Source of the DNA: a virus
Reading direction: 5' to 3' (one strand)
Length of the DNA stretch: 64,000 nt
Virus record (IMG/VR): IMGVR_UViG_3300031957_001651
Span: 1 to 64,000 of that record
Part shown: piece after piece, positions 47,274 through 55,281 of the stretch
How positions within the stretch are numbered: position 1 is the stretch's first letter
Layout of the letters: every line of letters begins with the position of its first letter
Translations under genes and position numbers: made by a program
Notes under the pieces: generated by a model
What the model was told of the DNA's origin: nothing
The model's database searches: none
What the model saw: the letters and a program-made list of their open reading frames with translations, nothing else

Positions 47274-47296
47274 GAGACCCTAGGGTCTCTTTTTTT
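47274..47296 (+). terminator. Intrinsic terminator
   Basis: GAGACCC-TA-GGGTCTC followed by T run. Confidence 0.85.
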
Positions 47297-47327
47297 GTCT
47301 AAATATGCTAGACTATGGAAAATATGA

Positions 47328-47756
47328 ATGGTCGATTATGAAAATCCTTGGACTTTCTTGGAACGAAGTTTTGATAGTTGCGATGTTGGGGACTACTTTG
47401 GTTTTGTTTATCTCATTACCAATCTCACAAACCAACGACAGTACATTGGGAGAAAGTATTTTTGGTCGTTCAGAACCCCAAAAGGGAAGAAACGAAAGGT
47501 CAAGCAAGAGAGTGATTGGAAGCGGTATTATGGATCTTGTCCAGAATTAAAAGAGGATATAGAAAAGATTGGTAAAGATAAATTCAAGAGAGAAATTATA
47601 TCTTTACACAAAACAAAAGGAAAAACAAACTTTGAAGAGACAAGACAGTTGTTTCTTAACAATGTTCTTACAGAATCTCTTAACGGAGAACCAGCATATT
47701 ACAATAGTAATATTTTAAGTAGATATTTTAGAAAGGATTATTATGGAGACGATTGA
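47328..47756 (+). CDS. GIY-YIG family endonuclease
   Basis: GFVYLITN...QYIGRK, YYGS, E, YYN. Confidence 0.85.
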   Translation: MVDYENPWTFLERSFDSCDVGDYFGFVYLITNLTNQRQYIGRKYFWSFRTPKGKKRKVKQESDWKRYYGSCPELKEDIEKIGKDKFKREIISLHKTKGKTNFEETRQLFLNNVLTESLNGEPAYYNSNILSRYFRKDYYGDD

Positions 47757-48462
47757 TTCATACTTCAGATATTGTGCGGAGATAAGTAAAAAATCACAAA
47801 TTACAGAATACAACGAACATGTTCTTCATATTAAGAATGTTTTTAAGGATCCATATAGGATGCTTAAGTTTCAATCTTTAATTAGTAAGTGGGAATCTTG
47901 TCATAATGCTAAACCTGGAATTATGTCATTGAAACTTCCCTATTGGACTGGTGAAGTTATTGCAAAAGATATGATACCAGACTTACCACAACATGATGAG
48001 TATTTGAATGAGAGTGAGTTTTATTATTTTTACTATAATAATACTGGACTTGATTCTACTACAGATGACCTTAGAAGTAATAATTGTACATTACCACATA
48101 CTGACCCAGGTTCAGATAGATCAATACCTAATATGATTGGTCTTATTAATTTGAATCAAAGAGATGTTTCTACTGGTTTTTGGGAATTTGATGGATGTCT
48201 GACAGAAGATACTGATGAAATTGCTGATGAATATAATGATTATTGCAATGATATAAATGAACATAATTTTGAAGAAAAAACTAATAGTACTTTGAAAAAA
48301 TTATTTGATGTTTCTTATGGATTTAATGAGGCAATCTTTTATGACTCCAAAGCATTTCATCAACCAAATATAGATAAGTATTATACAAGAGAAAACCCAC
48401 GTATCATGATGAGGTTGTCATATGTTCTTGACGAGGAGGAGGATGAGTGTTATGATGACTGA
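47743..48462 (+). CDS. 2OG-Fe(II) oxygenase-like protein
   Basis: PHTD, LINLN...TGFW, FNEAIFYDS..FH, distal R. Confidence 0.7.
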   Translation: METIDSYFRYCAEISKKSQITEYNEHVLHIKNVFKDPYRMLKFQSLISKWESCHNAKPGIMSLKLPYWTGEVIAKDMIPDLPQHDEYLNESEFYYFYYNNTGLDSTTDDLRSNNCTLPHTDPGSDRSIPNMIGLINLNQRDVSTGFWEFDGCLTEDTDEIADEYNDYCNDINEHNFEEKTNSTLKKLFDVSYGFNEAIFYDSKAFHQPNIDKYYTRENPRIMMRLSYVLDEEEDECYDD

Positions 48463-48476
48463 GTTGAAAGGGTACT

Positions 48477-48644
48477 ATGGAAGAGCAAGTTATCGATTGC
48501 GTTTCGGATGTTATTGATTGGGCTAACCAACGCATAGTTTCGGAAGATATTGAGTGGGAGGATGCAGCAGCATTATCCTTAGAGTTTAAAGAGTGGTTAG
48601 AAGAAGATGAAATTGATCTCTTATACCTTGACAGACTTGACTAG
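48477..48644 (+). CDS. Small acidic hypothetical protein (55 aa)
   Basis: Manual read MEEQVIDCVSDVIDW...EFKEWLEEDEIDLLYLDRLD. Confidence 0.6.
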   Translation: MEEQVIDCVSDVIDWANQRIVSEDIEWEDAAALSLEFKEWLEEDEIDLLYLDRLD

Positions 48645-48656
48645 ATGATCTATAAT
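48628..48656 (+). promoter_or_regulatory. Perfect sigma70 promoter for tRNA cluster
   Basis: TTGACA-17nt-TATAAT. Confidence 0.85.
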
Positions 48657-48661
48657 TTAAG

Positions 48662-48725
48662 AGTTGAGAAATCAACTGCGGTAACTCCCTTGGTAGTTTA
48701 GAGTTAGCGGCGATAGGAACTACCA
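48662..48725 (+). ncRNA. Structured leader RNA: GNRA hairpin plus H-type pseudoknot
   Basis: AGTTGA-GAAA-TCAACT; TAACTC/GAGTTA crossed with TGGTAGTT/AACTACCA. Confidence 0.65.
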
Positions 48726-48728
48726 TTT

Positions 48729-48800
48729 GGGCTCATAGTTAAGCGGATATAACCACCGCCTTCTAAGCGGTTATCCCAGGTTCGATTCCTGGTGAGCCTG
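48729..48800 (+). tRNA. tRNA-Arg(UCU)
   Basis: Cloverleaf; ACCGC-CTTCTAA-GCGGT. Confidence 0.95.
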
Positions 48801-48816
48801 TTGCCTTTCTTCTTTT

Positions 48817-49017
48817 ATGGGTAAATATGATTTTGGTGGACAACCACCAGTAGCAGTCAATATACTGAGACTCATTAGTGAGTTGGAAGGTTCTTCTCAA
48901 ATGCTTAAATATATGGGATTTGAAGAAGATATGAATGCTATCAATGAAATGAAGAAGAGATACTATAAACTCTACTTCAAAACCAATAAGGAAGAAAAGG
49001 CAAACAATCCTCTATAG
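48817..49017 (+). CDS. Small hypothetical protein between tRNAs
   Basis: 66 aa; stop lies inside the tRNA-Asn 5' end. Confidence 0.7.
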   Translation: MGKYDFGGQPPVAVNILRLISELEGSSQMLKYMGFEEDMNAINEMKKRYYKLYFKTNKEEKANNPL

Positions 49018-49080
49018 CTCAGTTGGTAGAGCACGGAGATGTTAACTCTGTTGTCCCTGGTTCGAGTCCAGGTGGAGGAG
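49008..49080 (+). tRNA. tRNA-Asn(GUU)
   Basis: TCCTCTA/TGGAGGA acceptor, G73; CGGAG-ATGTTAA-CTCTG. Confidence 0.92.
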
Positions 49081-49083
49081 TAT

Positions 49084-49154
49084 GCGGGTTTAGTTTAGAG
49101 GTAAAACTGAAGGTTTCCAACCTTTCGTCAGGAGTTCGATTCTCCTAACCCGCT
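49084..49154 (+). tRNA. tRNA-Gly(UCC)
   Basis: GCGGGTT/AACCCGC, U73; GAAGG-TTTCCAA-CCTTT. Confidence 0.95.
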
Positions 49155-49200
49155 TCATAGTAACATTACTAAATACAATCATTGTTAATTTAATTTGACC

Positions 49201-49449
49201 ATGATATCTGTACAATGCAAGATCTGTAGAACAGAATTGTCAAGTACGTCTAAAGATCAATGCTGTGGTTGTTCAAATCAAATGGTATTGAAAGACGACA
49301 AAGTAACTGCGGTTAACTTGGGTGATGTTTTGATAACAAAAAACAATAAAAGTATTAACAATCACATCTCGTTATCAAAATCAGACTTAGAATACCAGGA
49401 GAACCGTAGACGAAGAAAGGTTCGTAAACTTGATTTTGAGGTAAGGTAG
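49201..49449 (+). CDS. Small Cys-rich (zinc-ribbon-like) protein
   Basis: CKIC...CCGCSN. Confidence 0.72.
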   Translation: MISVQCKICRTELSSTSKDQCCGCSNQMVLKDDKVTAVNLGDVLITKNNKSINNHISLSKSDLEYQENRRRRKVRKLDFEVR

Positions 49450-49682
49450 TGAGTCCTATCTACTACACAACATATCTTGTCTTGTTAATTTTCCTTACAC
49501 TTGTTGTAATTGGTGGTTACGAGTCTACAATGCGGTTAGTTCATTATCTTGATCTGCAACTTAGAATGGGATTCATTAGAATTCAAATGTTTTTTATGAG
49601 ACGTAGATTGAAAAAGCAACTAATTAATTCTTTCCACAAAAAAAATGGAGGTAAAAATGCCAGAAACAAAAACTTGCCCTAA
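49449..49682 (+). CDS. Small membrane protein
   Basis: N-terminal hydrophobic helix. Confidence 0.65.
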   Translation: MSPIYYTTYLVLLIFLTLVVIGGYESTMRLVHYLDLQLRMGFIRIQMFFMRRRLKKQLINSFHKKNGGKNARNKNLP

Positions 49683-49884
49683 GTGTGGTTCTACTTGGGT
49701 CGATGGACAGCATTATTGGAGTGGCACTGGAGCACTAGGAAATGAAGATGATCTTGCGGGACTAGTCTGCAATAAGTTAGGAAACGATGACTGTATTAAT
49801 CCAAAACGTGGTTCTGAAGAAGGAATTACTTGGAACGATAGGATGGATAGTCTAAATAAAAAGCAAAATGAATTGGATCAGTGA
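49657..49884 (+). CDS. Small Cys-containing hypothetical protein
   Basis: GGAGG RBS; CPKCG...DLAGLVCN...CINP. Confidence 0.72.
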   Translation: MPETKTCPKCGSTWVDGQHYWSGTGALGNEDDLAGLVCNKLGNDDCINPKRGSEEGITWNDRMDSLNKKQNELDQ

Positions 49885-49886
49885 TT

Positions 49887-50051
49887 ATGCCTAGAAGTAA
49901 AATGCAGAAGAATGATCTTGAAGCAAAAGTTTATAAACTAAAGAATGAACTTTATGATGAAACTCGACAAGATAAAGATGGTGAATGGCATGATGGTGCT
50001 CATTATACTTTAAATAGAGTTTTAGACATTCTACAAGAATATAGTAATTAA
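49887..50051 (+). CDS. Small hypothetical protein (54 aa)
   Basis: Manual read MPRSKMQKNDLEAKVYKLKNEL...LQEYSN. Confidence 0.6.
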   Translation: MPRSKMQKNDLEAKVYKLKNELYDETRQDKDGEWHDGAHYTLNRVLDILQEYSN

Positions 50052-50227
50052 TGGATTCAGATCAGGAGAGGGAGTTTTATAAGTCTTTGAGGGAAAGAAT
50101 TCATCAATTACGGATGGCTCATCTCTTTGAAGAACCTTGCCCACTCTATGAACCAGAGTGGGATGATGATCTTTGGGACTGTCGTCTTAGTTATGATTTC
50201 AATGACGATGATTTGACAGATGGTTAG
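50051..50227 (+). CDS. Small acidic hypothetical protein (58 aa)
   Basis: Manual read MDSDQEREFYKSLRERIHQLRMAHLFEEPCPLYEPEW... Confidence 0.6.
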   Translation: MDSDQEREFYKSLRERIHQLRMAHLFEEPCPLYEPEWDDDLWDCRLSYDFNDDDLTDG

Positions 50228-50241
50228 GAAAGTCTTATAAT
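50213..50241 (+). promoter_or_regulatory. Perfect sigma70 promoter for oxygenase/O-fucosyltransferase operon
   Basis: TTGACA-17nt-TATAAT. Confidence 0.85.
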
Positions 50242-50268
50242 TAGTATGTTCGGAATTTTTTGATAATA

Positions 50269-50853
50269 ATGGAACCTAGTAATAAACATCAAGTTGCTGA
50301 AGATCCCTTCGTTTTTTATGAACAGATCATTCCTGATAAACTAGTAGATCTGATGGTAGAAGAACTACCAAAGTATGATGGATCATATGCAGAAGCAGAG
50401 ATTGGAGATCGTCAAACTGGTGCATTGTTTGAAAATAAAAGAAACTCTAAAGTCTCTTGGATGTATGAAGATGACTGGGTTTCCTCTATGTTTGCACACT
50501 ATTTCCATTTGGCAAACAAAGAGTATTGGGAGTATGATCTTAATTGCTTAGATGGTATTCAGATCACTCGATATGATGAAGGTGATCATTATACCTGGCA
50601 TTCTGATTATGGAACTGCAGAAGATAATCGTTTTACCAGGAAACTAAGTGCAACTCTTCTAGTAACTGACCCTAGTGAGTATGAGGGTGGTGAACTAGAG
50701 TTCATTGACTATCATAATAATCTAGTTGTTGCACCTTCCACTAGAGGAACAATGATTGTGTTTGATTCACGTATTCCACATCGTGTTCGACCTGTGACTA
50801 AGGGAACTAGGATTTCTCTTGTAACGTGGATGCTTGGTCCTAAACTAGTGTAA
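50269..50853 (+). CDS. 2OG-Fe(II) oxygenase (PKHD/prolyl-hydroxylase-like)
   Basis: YTWHSD, RKLS, YEGGELEF, PHRVRPVTKGTRISLVTW. Confidence 0.92.
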   Translation: MEPSNKHQVAEDPFVFYEQIIPDKLVDLMVEELPKYDGSYAEAEIGDRQTGALFENKRNSKVSWMYEDDWVSSMFAHYFHLANKEYWEYDLNCLDGIQITRYDEGDHYTWHSDYGTAEDNRFTRKLSATLLVTDPSEYEGGELEFIDYHNNLVVAPSTRGTMIVFDSRIPHRVRPVTKGTRISLVTWMLGPKLV

Positions 50854-50854
50854 G

Positions 50855-51994
50855 ATGGTTAGATATATTTCTTTTAGTCCCTATTATTCTGGACTAGTGA
50901 ACATTATAATGTCATATGAAATGTTTCTGGCAATAGCAGCAATTACTAAGAGGAAGGTTATTCTTCCTCCAGATTGTTGGATGCTCTTTTTGTCTAAGAG
51001 TCAGAAGAAAGAGGACTGGATTGATTTCTGGAAAATCTTTGATAAAGAAGTTCTTCTGGAAGAATTTGACTGCATTGAACATAGAGATGTTCCAGAGTTC
51101 CAAGGAAAACTTGGAAAGATGCAGGGAAAAGATTCATATACTAGGGATATTGGACGATGTGATTTAGATCTTTCTGAAATCATTTTTGATTCATCTACAG
51201 TTTCTGATGAGCATACTGTATTTGTGAATGAAGAAATTGATACTCAGGACTTTCATGATTTCTGTCATAATCGAACTGTGATGGAACTTGATTGTGACGA
51301 ACAGTTTTTGCATTTTGAAAATAATCTGTTTGGTCATTACTGGTATCATGTTTATCCTGGTGGTGAAAATCTTAGGAATAAACTAAAGGATAAAGTGAAT
51401 AGAGTTTTGAGATATAATGATAAATTTTATTTCTATGCAGATACGGTCCACCAAGAACTCGGACCATTCAATTCTATTCACGTCAGACGAAACGATTTCT
51501 TAGATGCAAGAGAGGATGAGATTCAATGTGTAAATGCTCCTGAGAAGATTCTGGAGATGGTAGATAGACTTCCATTCTATGATAAGTCTTTACCTCTTTA
51601 TATTGCTACTGACGAGCAAGATAGATCATTTTTTGATTTGCTTGGGGAAAAGTATGATATTCATTTCTATGAAGATTTTGATTATAAGTTTGGTGATGAC
51701 TTTGAGGAAGATGATCTTCATATTGCGGTATTGGAACAAACAATATGTTCACAGTCTGAGAACTTCTTTGGAACTTATCTATCAACATTCTCGAAAAGAA
51801 TTAATATTATGAGAGGTCTTGAGAATAGACAAGCAGAAGATCATTTGGGTATTAATCATCTACCAGAAGAACCAGATGAGAACTTAGTAGATGTGTTTCC
51901 TTGGAGAAAGATGTCTGATAATACTTGGCAATGGAATTCATCATCACACTTGCAGTGGATGCATGAAGAGAATGGTAAATTGGTTGAACTATGA
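50855..51994 (+). CDS. GDP-fucose O-fucosyltransferase-like protein (GT-B)
   Basis: SGLVN...VILPP, IHVRRNDF, LYIATDE, LEQTICSQS..FFGTYLSTFS. Confidence 0.82.
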   Translation: MVRYISFSPYYSGLVNIIMSYEMFLAIAAITKRKVILPPDCWMLFLSKSQKKEDWIDFWKIFDKEVLLEEFDCIEHRDVPEFQGKLGKMQGKDSYTRDIGRCDLDLSEIIFDSSTVSDEHTVFVNEEIDTQDFHDFCHNRTVMELDCDEQFLHFENNLFGHYWYHVYPGGENLRNKLKDKVNRVLRYNDKFYFYADTVHQELGPFNSIHVRRNDFLDAREDEIQCVNAPEKILEMVDRLPFYDKSLPLYIATDEQDRSFFDLLGEKYDIHFYEDFDYKFGDDFEEDDLHIAVLEQTICSQSENFFGTYLSTFSKRINIMRGLENRQAEDHLGINHLPEEPDENLVDVFPWRKMSDNTWQWNSSSHLQWMHEENGKLVEL

Positions 51995-52686
51995 GAGATG
52001 TTTTACAACCCATATTCAATGATGTCCCTTTCAAGAAAGTAAAGGTTCCCGATAATCTTTATTCGTTTATGATGGATGAATACAAGAATCTAGTCTTTGA
52101 TATTAAAGATCAAGACATTACTTATGATAGGAACTATAGAACTTATACGAGTGGTGGAATCTCAATAAAAGGTTCTAGGACACCCTTCTGCTTAAAGACT
52201 GAGATATCTCAGGAATTGTATGATATGTGTTATGAAGAGATTACTCCAATGATTGAGGAGTGGTCTGGTCAAGAGTTGGAGATGACATGGGCATACGGGA
52301 TTAGGAACTATGTTCGGGATTCCATACTACATCTTCATAGAGACCGAATTGAAACTCATATAATTAGTTGTATAATTTATGTTGACCAACAATCTGAAGA
52401 GAATTGGGCATTAGATTTTTTTGATCACGAACACAATCATCATAAAGTTCTTTTTGAACCTGGTGATATGCTCTTTTACGAAAGTCTATGTTTGCATGGG
52501 AGAATTGATCCTTTACAAGGAGATTATTACAGAAACATGTACTTCCATTGGAAGCCAATTGATTGGTGGTACGACGACTTACACGACCTTAGGACTGACT
52601 TTAGAGATGCAACAGAATTTAGAAATTATTACGGAAAAGAATATCTCTACGGCAGAGAAGAAAGAATCATTCCCAGAACTCTCTGA
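51991..52686 (+). CDS. 2OG-Fe(II) oxygenase-like protein
   Basis: YGIRNY...LHLHRDR, PGDMLFYES...HGR. Confidence 0.78.
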   Translation: MRDVLQPIFNDVPFKKVKVPDNLYSFMMDEYKNLVFDIKDQDITYDRNYRTYTSGGISIKGSRTPFCLKTEISQELYDMCYEEITPMIEEWSGQELEMTWAYGIRNYVRDSILHLHRDRIETHIISCIIYVDQQSEENWALDFFDHEHNHHKVLFEPGDMLFYESLCLHGRIDPLQGDYYRNMYFHWKPIDWWYDDLHDLRTDFRDATEFRNYYGKEYLYGREERIIPRTL

Positions 52687-52772
52687 ACCACCTGACGAAC
52701 TGTCACAGGAAGAGGATGATGAAGAGTACATTAAGTGGTATACTAATCATGATCAAGCATCGTGATGCCACT

Positions 52773-52845
52773 GCTTCCTTAGCAATCTGGTGAATGCAGC
52801 AAACTCATAATTTGCCTAAGGTGAGTTCGATCCTCACAGGAAGCA
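52773..52845 (+). tRNA. tRNA-Met(CAU), non-initiator type (Ile2 not excluded)
   Basis: GCTTCCT/AGGAAGC paired acceptor; GCAAA-CTCATAA-TTTGC. Confidence 0.9.
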
Positions 52846-52851
52846 TTGGGA

Positions 52852-52880
52852 TTGACTTTCAGTCCCAAATCTGATAAACT
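52852..52880 (+). promoter_or_regulatory. Sigma70-type promoter overlapped by inverted repeat
   Basis: TTGACT-17nt-TAAACT, TG extension; TTGGGATTGA/TCAGTCCCAA. Confidence 0.6.
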
Positions 52881-52902
52881 ACTGGAGTAATTACACAAGA
52901 CA

Positions 52903-53118
52903 ATGACTATCACTGCTAAGTTCAAGAAGGATCTCAATACCCTTCGTTCTGCTGCAAACGGTGAAATTCTTCTAGACGTGAAGAATCCAAAACTTTTTAA
53001 AAAAGTACGTCGTTACTATGAGAACACTGGTGTTGTATTCTCTGGTGATCCACTTGATGATTATGATATCTTGATGGAATGGATTGCTAGTGATCTTGAA
53101 ACCACAGAGGTTGTTTGA
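52903..53118 (+). CDS. Small hypothetical protein
   Basis: LDVKNPKLFKKVRRYYEN.GVVFSGDPLDDY. Confidence 0.8.
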   Translation: MTITAKFKKDLNTLRSAANGEILLDVKNPKLFKKVRRYYENTGVVFSGDPLDDYDILMEWIASDLETTEVV

Positions 53119-53351
53119 TGAAAGTTCTATTAGAACGTTTCCCCTATCGTTATGTTGAGTGTGGAACTCTTGAAAATGGGTTCCCAGATTACCGCATTCA
53201 AAAGGCGCATCACTACACTAAGAGGTATAGTGACATGTATCTCCTTGATAATCAGATGCAACTATTGACTGTTATTGATGACTTTGAATACACCAAATGG
53301 TTAGATCCTGAAGGTGTACCTTGTTATATCAAAGACTCGGTAGGTCGTTAA
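53118..53351 (+). CDS. Small hypothetical protein
   Basis: ERFPYRYVECG...DYRIQK...WLDPEGVPCY. Confidence 0.8.
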   Translation: MKVLLERFPYRYVECGTLENGFPDYRIQKAHHYTKRYSDMYLLDNQMQLLTVIDDFEYTKWLDPEGVPCYIKDSVGR

Positions 53352-53368
53352 ACTAGCCCTGGTCGGAG
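53332..53368 (+). ncRNA. Structured motif copy 1 (manA/wcaG-RNA-like unit candidate)
   Basis: AAGACTCGGTAGGTCGTTAAACTAGCCCTGGTCGGAG; covaries with the 55262 copy. Confidence 0.5.
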
Positions 53369-53386
53369 TATTATTTCAAATAAAAT

Positions 53387-54937
53387 ATGTTTAACCTAGG
53401 TATTCATGGTTCTCACAATGCAACACTTGTATTGTCTTATGAAGATGAAGTTTTAGAAGTAGTAGAACTTGAGAGATTTATCTCTCATAAAAATGCTGCT
53501 CTATATTTTTATGAGAATCCTCCTCATGCAATTAGTTTTGTAAGGGAGATTGGTGAATACTTTAAAAGGAAATATAATTTTGACAGGTATGATGTAGTTT
53601 GTATTAACTCTATGCCTGAAGAGAAGTTTCCTTGGAAAGATGTATTTGGTGATGCCGATATTGAGTATTGTGATCATCATGTTGCTCATACCTGTTCTGC
53701 CTTCTATCAATCACCATATAATCAAGCATTAGTTGTTTCTTTTGATGGTGGTTCTGATGAGGGTTTCTTTAATGTATATACCATTGAGAGAGGTGAAGAC
53801 CCAGTAAAGTTGTATTCTGGTAAGAAAGATTATGCTGTCTCTTATATGGCAGCTGGTCATTTTGTTCCTGCCATTCGCAACGAAGAAGATATTTACAAAG
53901 GTAATCTAGTTTATCCTGGTAAATTGATGGGTTATGTTGGATATGGTGAATATCGTGATGATATTGCTAATAAGTTGATTCAATTTTATGAATCAAATAC
54001 TTATGACGATGTTCCAGATGCTGTCTGTAGATTTGTACAAAAGTTTGGACTAGAAGACTGGTCTGAACAATTCGGACTACAGGATGCACAAGATATTGCA
54101 ACAACTAATCAAATTGTATTTGAGAAGTTGTTCAGAGAAGAGATACAACCATTTCTAGATCAGTATCCAGATTTACCTTTGGTTTTGACTGGTGGTTGTG
54201 CTCTTAATATCATTAACAATACGAATCTAGCAAGAGAACGTGAAGTTTTCATTCCACCAAATCCTAGTGATTGTGGCATTGCATTAGGTGCGTTGCTATA
54301 CATCATTAAACCAGAACGTCAGATTGATATCACTTATTCGGGATCACCTGTGTGGGATCGAATGGAGATTGGTAGATATCTACGTGAAAGAGAGAATTGT
54401 CAAGAGATTTCTGCAAAAGAAGTTGCAAAGATTATTCACGATGGTGGTATTGTTGGTGTAGTTCGTGGTGGATCTGAGCATGGTCCTAGAGCACTCGGGA
54501 ATAGAAGTCTCTTATGTGATGCAACTAATCCCGATATGAAAGACATTATGAATCTTAAGGTGAAGAATCGAGAATCGTTTAGACCTTTTTCTCCAATTGT
54601 AAGACTTGAAGATTTAACCAAGTATTTTGATTGGGAAAAGGAGTCTAGACATATGTCCTTTTCACCAGAAGTGAGACCAGAGTATCGTAAATTACTATCT
54701 TCTGTTACTCATGTAGACGGAACTGCAAGAGTTCAAACAGTTACTAGAACCCAGAATGAATATATCTACCAGATTCTAGGTGAACTAGACACTATGTCTG
54801 GTCATGGAGTTCTACTCAATACTTCTTTTAATGTAGCAGGTAAACCAATCTTGAATACATATAAGGAAGCATTTGAAGTTCTCGATGCAAAACCCATAAC
54901 TGGGTTAGTCCTAGAAGATTACTATTTTCCAAAATGA
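53387..54937 (+). CDS. O-carbamoyltransferase (NodU/CmcH/TobZ family)
   Basis: ELER, HHVAH, FDGG, GKLMG, GGCALN, PSDCG, GPRALGNRS, RESFRPF, HVDGTARVQ, NTSFN. Confidence 0.95.
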   Translation: MFNLGIHGSHNATLVLSYEDEVLEVVELERFISHKNAALYFYENPPHAISFVREIGEYFKRKYNFDRYDVVCINSMPEEKFPWKDVFGDADIEYCDHHVAHTCSAFYQSPYNQALVVSFDGGSDEGFFNVYTIERGEDPVKLYSGKKDYAVSYMAAGHFVPAIRNEEDIYKGNLVYPGKLMGYVGYGEYRDDIANKLIQFYESNTYDDVPDAVCRFVQKFGLEDWSEQFGLQDAQDIATTNQIVFEKLFREEIQPFLDQYPDLPLVLTGGCALNIINNTNLAREREVFIPPNPSDCGIALGALLYIIKPERQIDITYSGSPVWDRMEIGRYLRERENCQEISAKEVAKIIHDGGIVGVVRGGSEHGPRALGNRSLLCDATNPDMKDIMNLKVKNRESFRPFSPIVRLEDLTKYFDWEKESRHMSFSPEVRPEYRKLLSSVTHVDGTARVQTVTRTQNEYIYQILGELDTMSGHGVLLNTSFNVAGKPILNTYKEAFEVLDAKPITGLVLEDYYFPK

Positions 54938-55281
54938 ATCATATAGATAAACCGTGGGGTTGGTATAAAGATCTTGAAAGACATCATAATGTGGTGATTA
55001 AAAAGATTTATGTTAAACCTTTTAAGAGAATTTCTCTTCAAAAACATGCTTATAGAGATGAGTTTTGGTATATTCTTTCTGGTTCTGGGGAGGTAATTGT
55101 TGGTAATGAAAATTTACCAGCAAATCCAGGTGTATCTTTTATTATTGGTAGAGGTGAAATTCATCGAATTACAGCAAATTCTGATGGTATTACCTTCCTA
55201 GAAGTTCAAGAAGGTGAATGTAGAGAAGATGATATTGTCCGTTTAGAGGATGATTATAATAGAGTCACGGATGGACTGTAA
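54934..55281 (+). CDS. Cupin, type II phosphomannose isomerase domain-like
   Basis: KPWGWY, ISLQKH..RDEFW, HRI, EVQ.G...EDDIVRLEDDY. Confidence 0.88.
   Translation: MNHIDKPWGWYKDLERHHNVVIKKIYVKPFKRISLQKHAYRDEFWYILSGSGEVIVGNENLPANPGVSFIIGRGEIHRITANSDGITFLEVQEGECREDDIVRLEDDYNRVTDGL

Noticed and set aside
52421-52765. 114-aa ORF overlapping the oxygenase
   Set aside because: Mostly an out-of-frame overlap with no convincing start; a short acidic 3' part cannot be excluded.
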